A stretch of 18,062 nt of DNA from Gammaproteobacteria bacterium. Its GTDB lineage: Bacteria > Pseudomonadota > Gammaproteobacteria > JBCCGL01. Each line of letters begins with the position of its first letter. The first letter of the stretch is position 1. Under the pieces are notes generated by a model, which saw nothing but the letters and a program-made list of their open reading frames with translations, did no database searches and had not been told where the DNA came from. The position numbers and the translations under genes are program-made. This document shows, piece by piece, positions 15,547-18,062 of this stretch. Location: the NCBI GenBank assembly GCA_965277715.1, contig CBDIDM010000002.1, forward strand, positions 1 to 18,062. Direction: 5' to 3'.

Positions 15547-16077
15547 GTGACCGGGATGTTTACACTGCGCCTTGTGCGAGCTCGAGTTGCAAAAGTTACT
15601 TCAGTGACCGTGTTGTTCGATGCGTGTAAAATGATTGTGACTGAGACTCGGAGTTGCAGAGGTGACGGTGATGTTGAACAGTTGGAAAGAGTTGCAAAAC
15701 TTCAGTGACCGTGATGTTGCCACGGATACTTGTAACGTGACTGTGCTCGAGAGTCAGAGTCACGAGAGTGACCGTGATGTCGAACAGTCGGAAAGTGGAC
15801 AAAGTTGCAAAACTTCGGCCAGCGACCGTTCTAACTGTTGAATAGTTGTGAAGTGGACAAAGTGGCAAAAGTTCAGAGACGACGATGTTTAACAGTTGGA
15901 AAGTGGATTAGTTGGAAAGTAGACAAAGTCTCGGGTTGCTGACCGTGATGTTCGACAGTCTTGTGCAGAGAGAAATGAAGTCCCGATTGTACGGAGTCGA
16001 GCTGCACGAAACACCGAGTTGACTCTCCTAGCTGTTTCTGACTGGGAGATGAATTCGGGTTTGGCGACCGTGATGTT
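15547..16077. repeat. Degenerate GTGACCGTGATGTT repeat region (copy 2)
   Basis: Same as 5547-6077 at offset +10000. Confidence 0.8.
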
Positions 16078-16096
16078 GAGTACTTTGTAAAAAAAA

Positions 16097-18062
<1,966 letters not shown>

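Overview
This window is eukaryotic nuclear ribosomal DNA: about 1.8 head-to-tail repeat units, all transcribed from the minus strand (5'ETS-18S-ITS1-5.8S-ITS2-28S). A complete 5S rRNA gene sits in the intergenic spacer of each unit, on the same strand as the large rRNAs. The rRNA motifs and short ITS (~200 bp) look like an early-branching animal, most likely a sponge; this is from memory and is not database-verified. The two units look identical by eye except for a 37-bp IGS subrepeat array with 23 vs 26 units, giving repeat offsets of 9,889 and 10,000 bp. A unique chimeric unit in the shorter array marks the probable crossover point. Other spacer structure includes ~9 co-oriented GTGACCGTGATGTT boxes starting just past the 28S 3' T-tract (candidate Pol I terminator array), degenerate ~45-bp relics flanking the array, an (AGGG)9(ACGG)4 tract, a short telomere-like motif and several hairpins. 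No credible protein-coding gene, intron or R-element insertion is present; the listed ORFs are rRNA shadows, repeat artefacts or short spacer ORFs.
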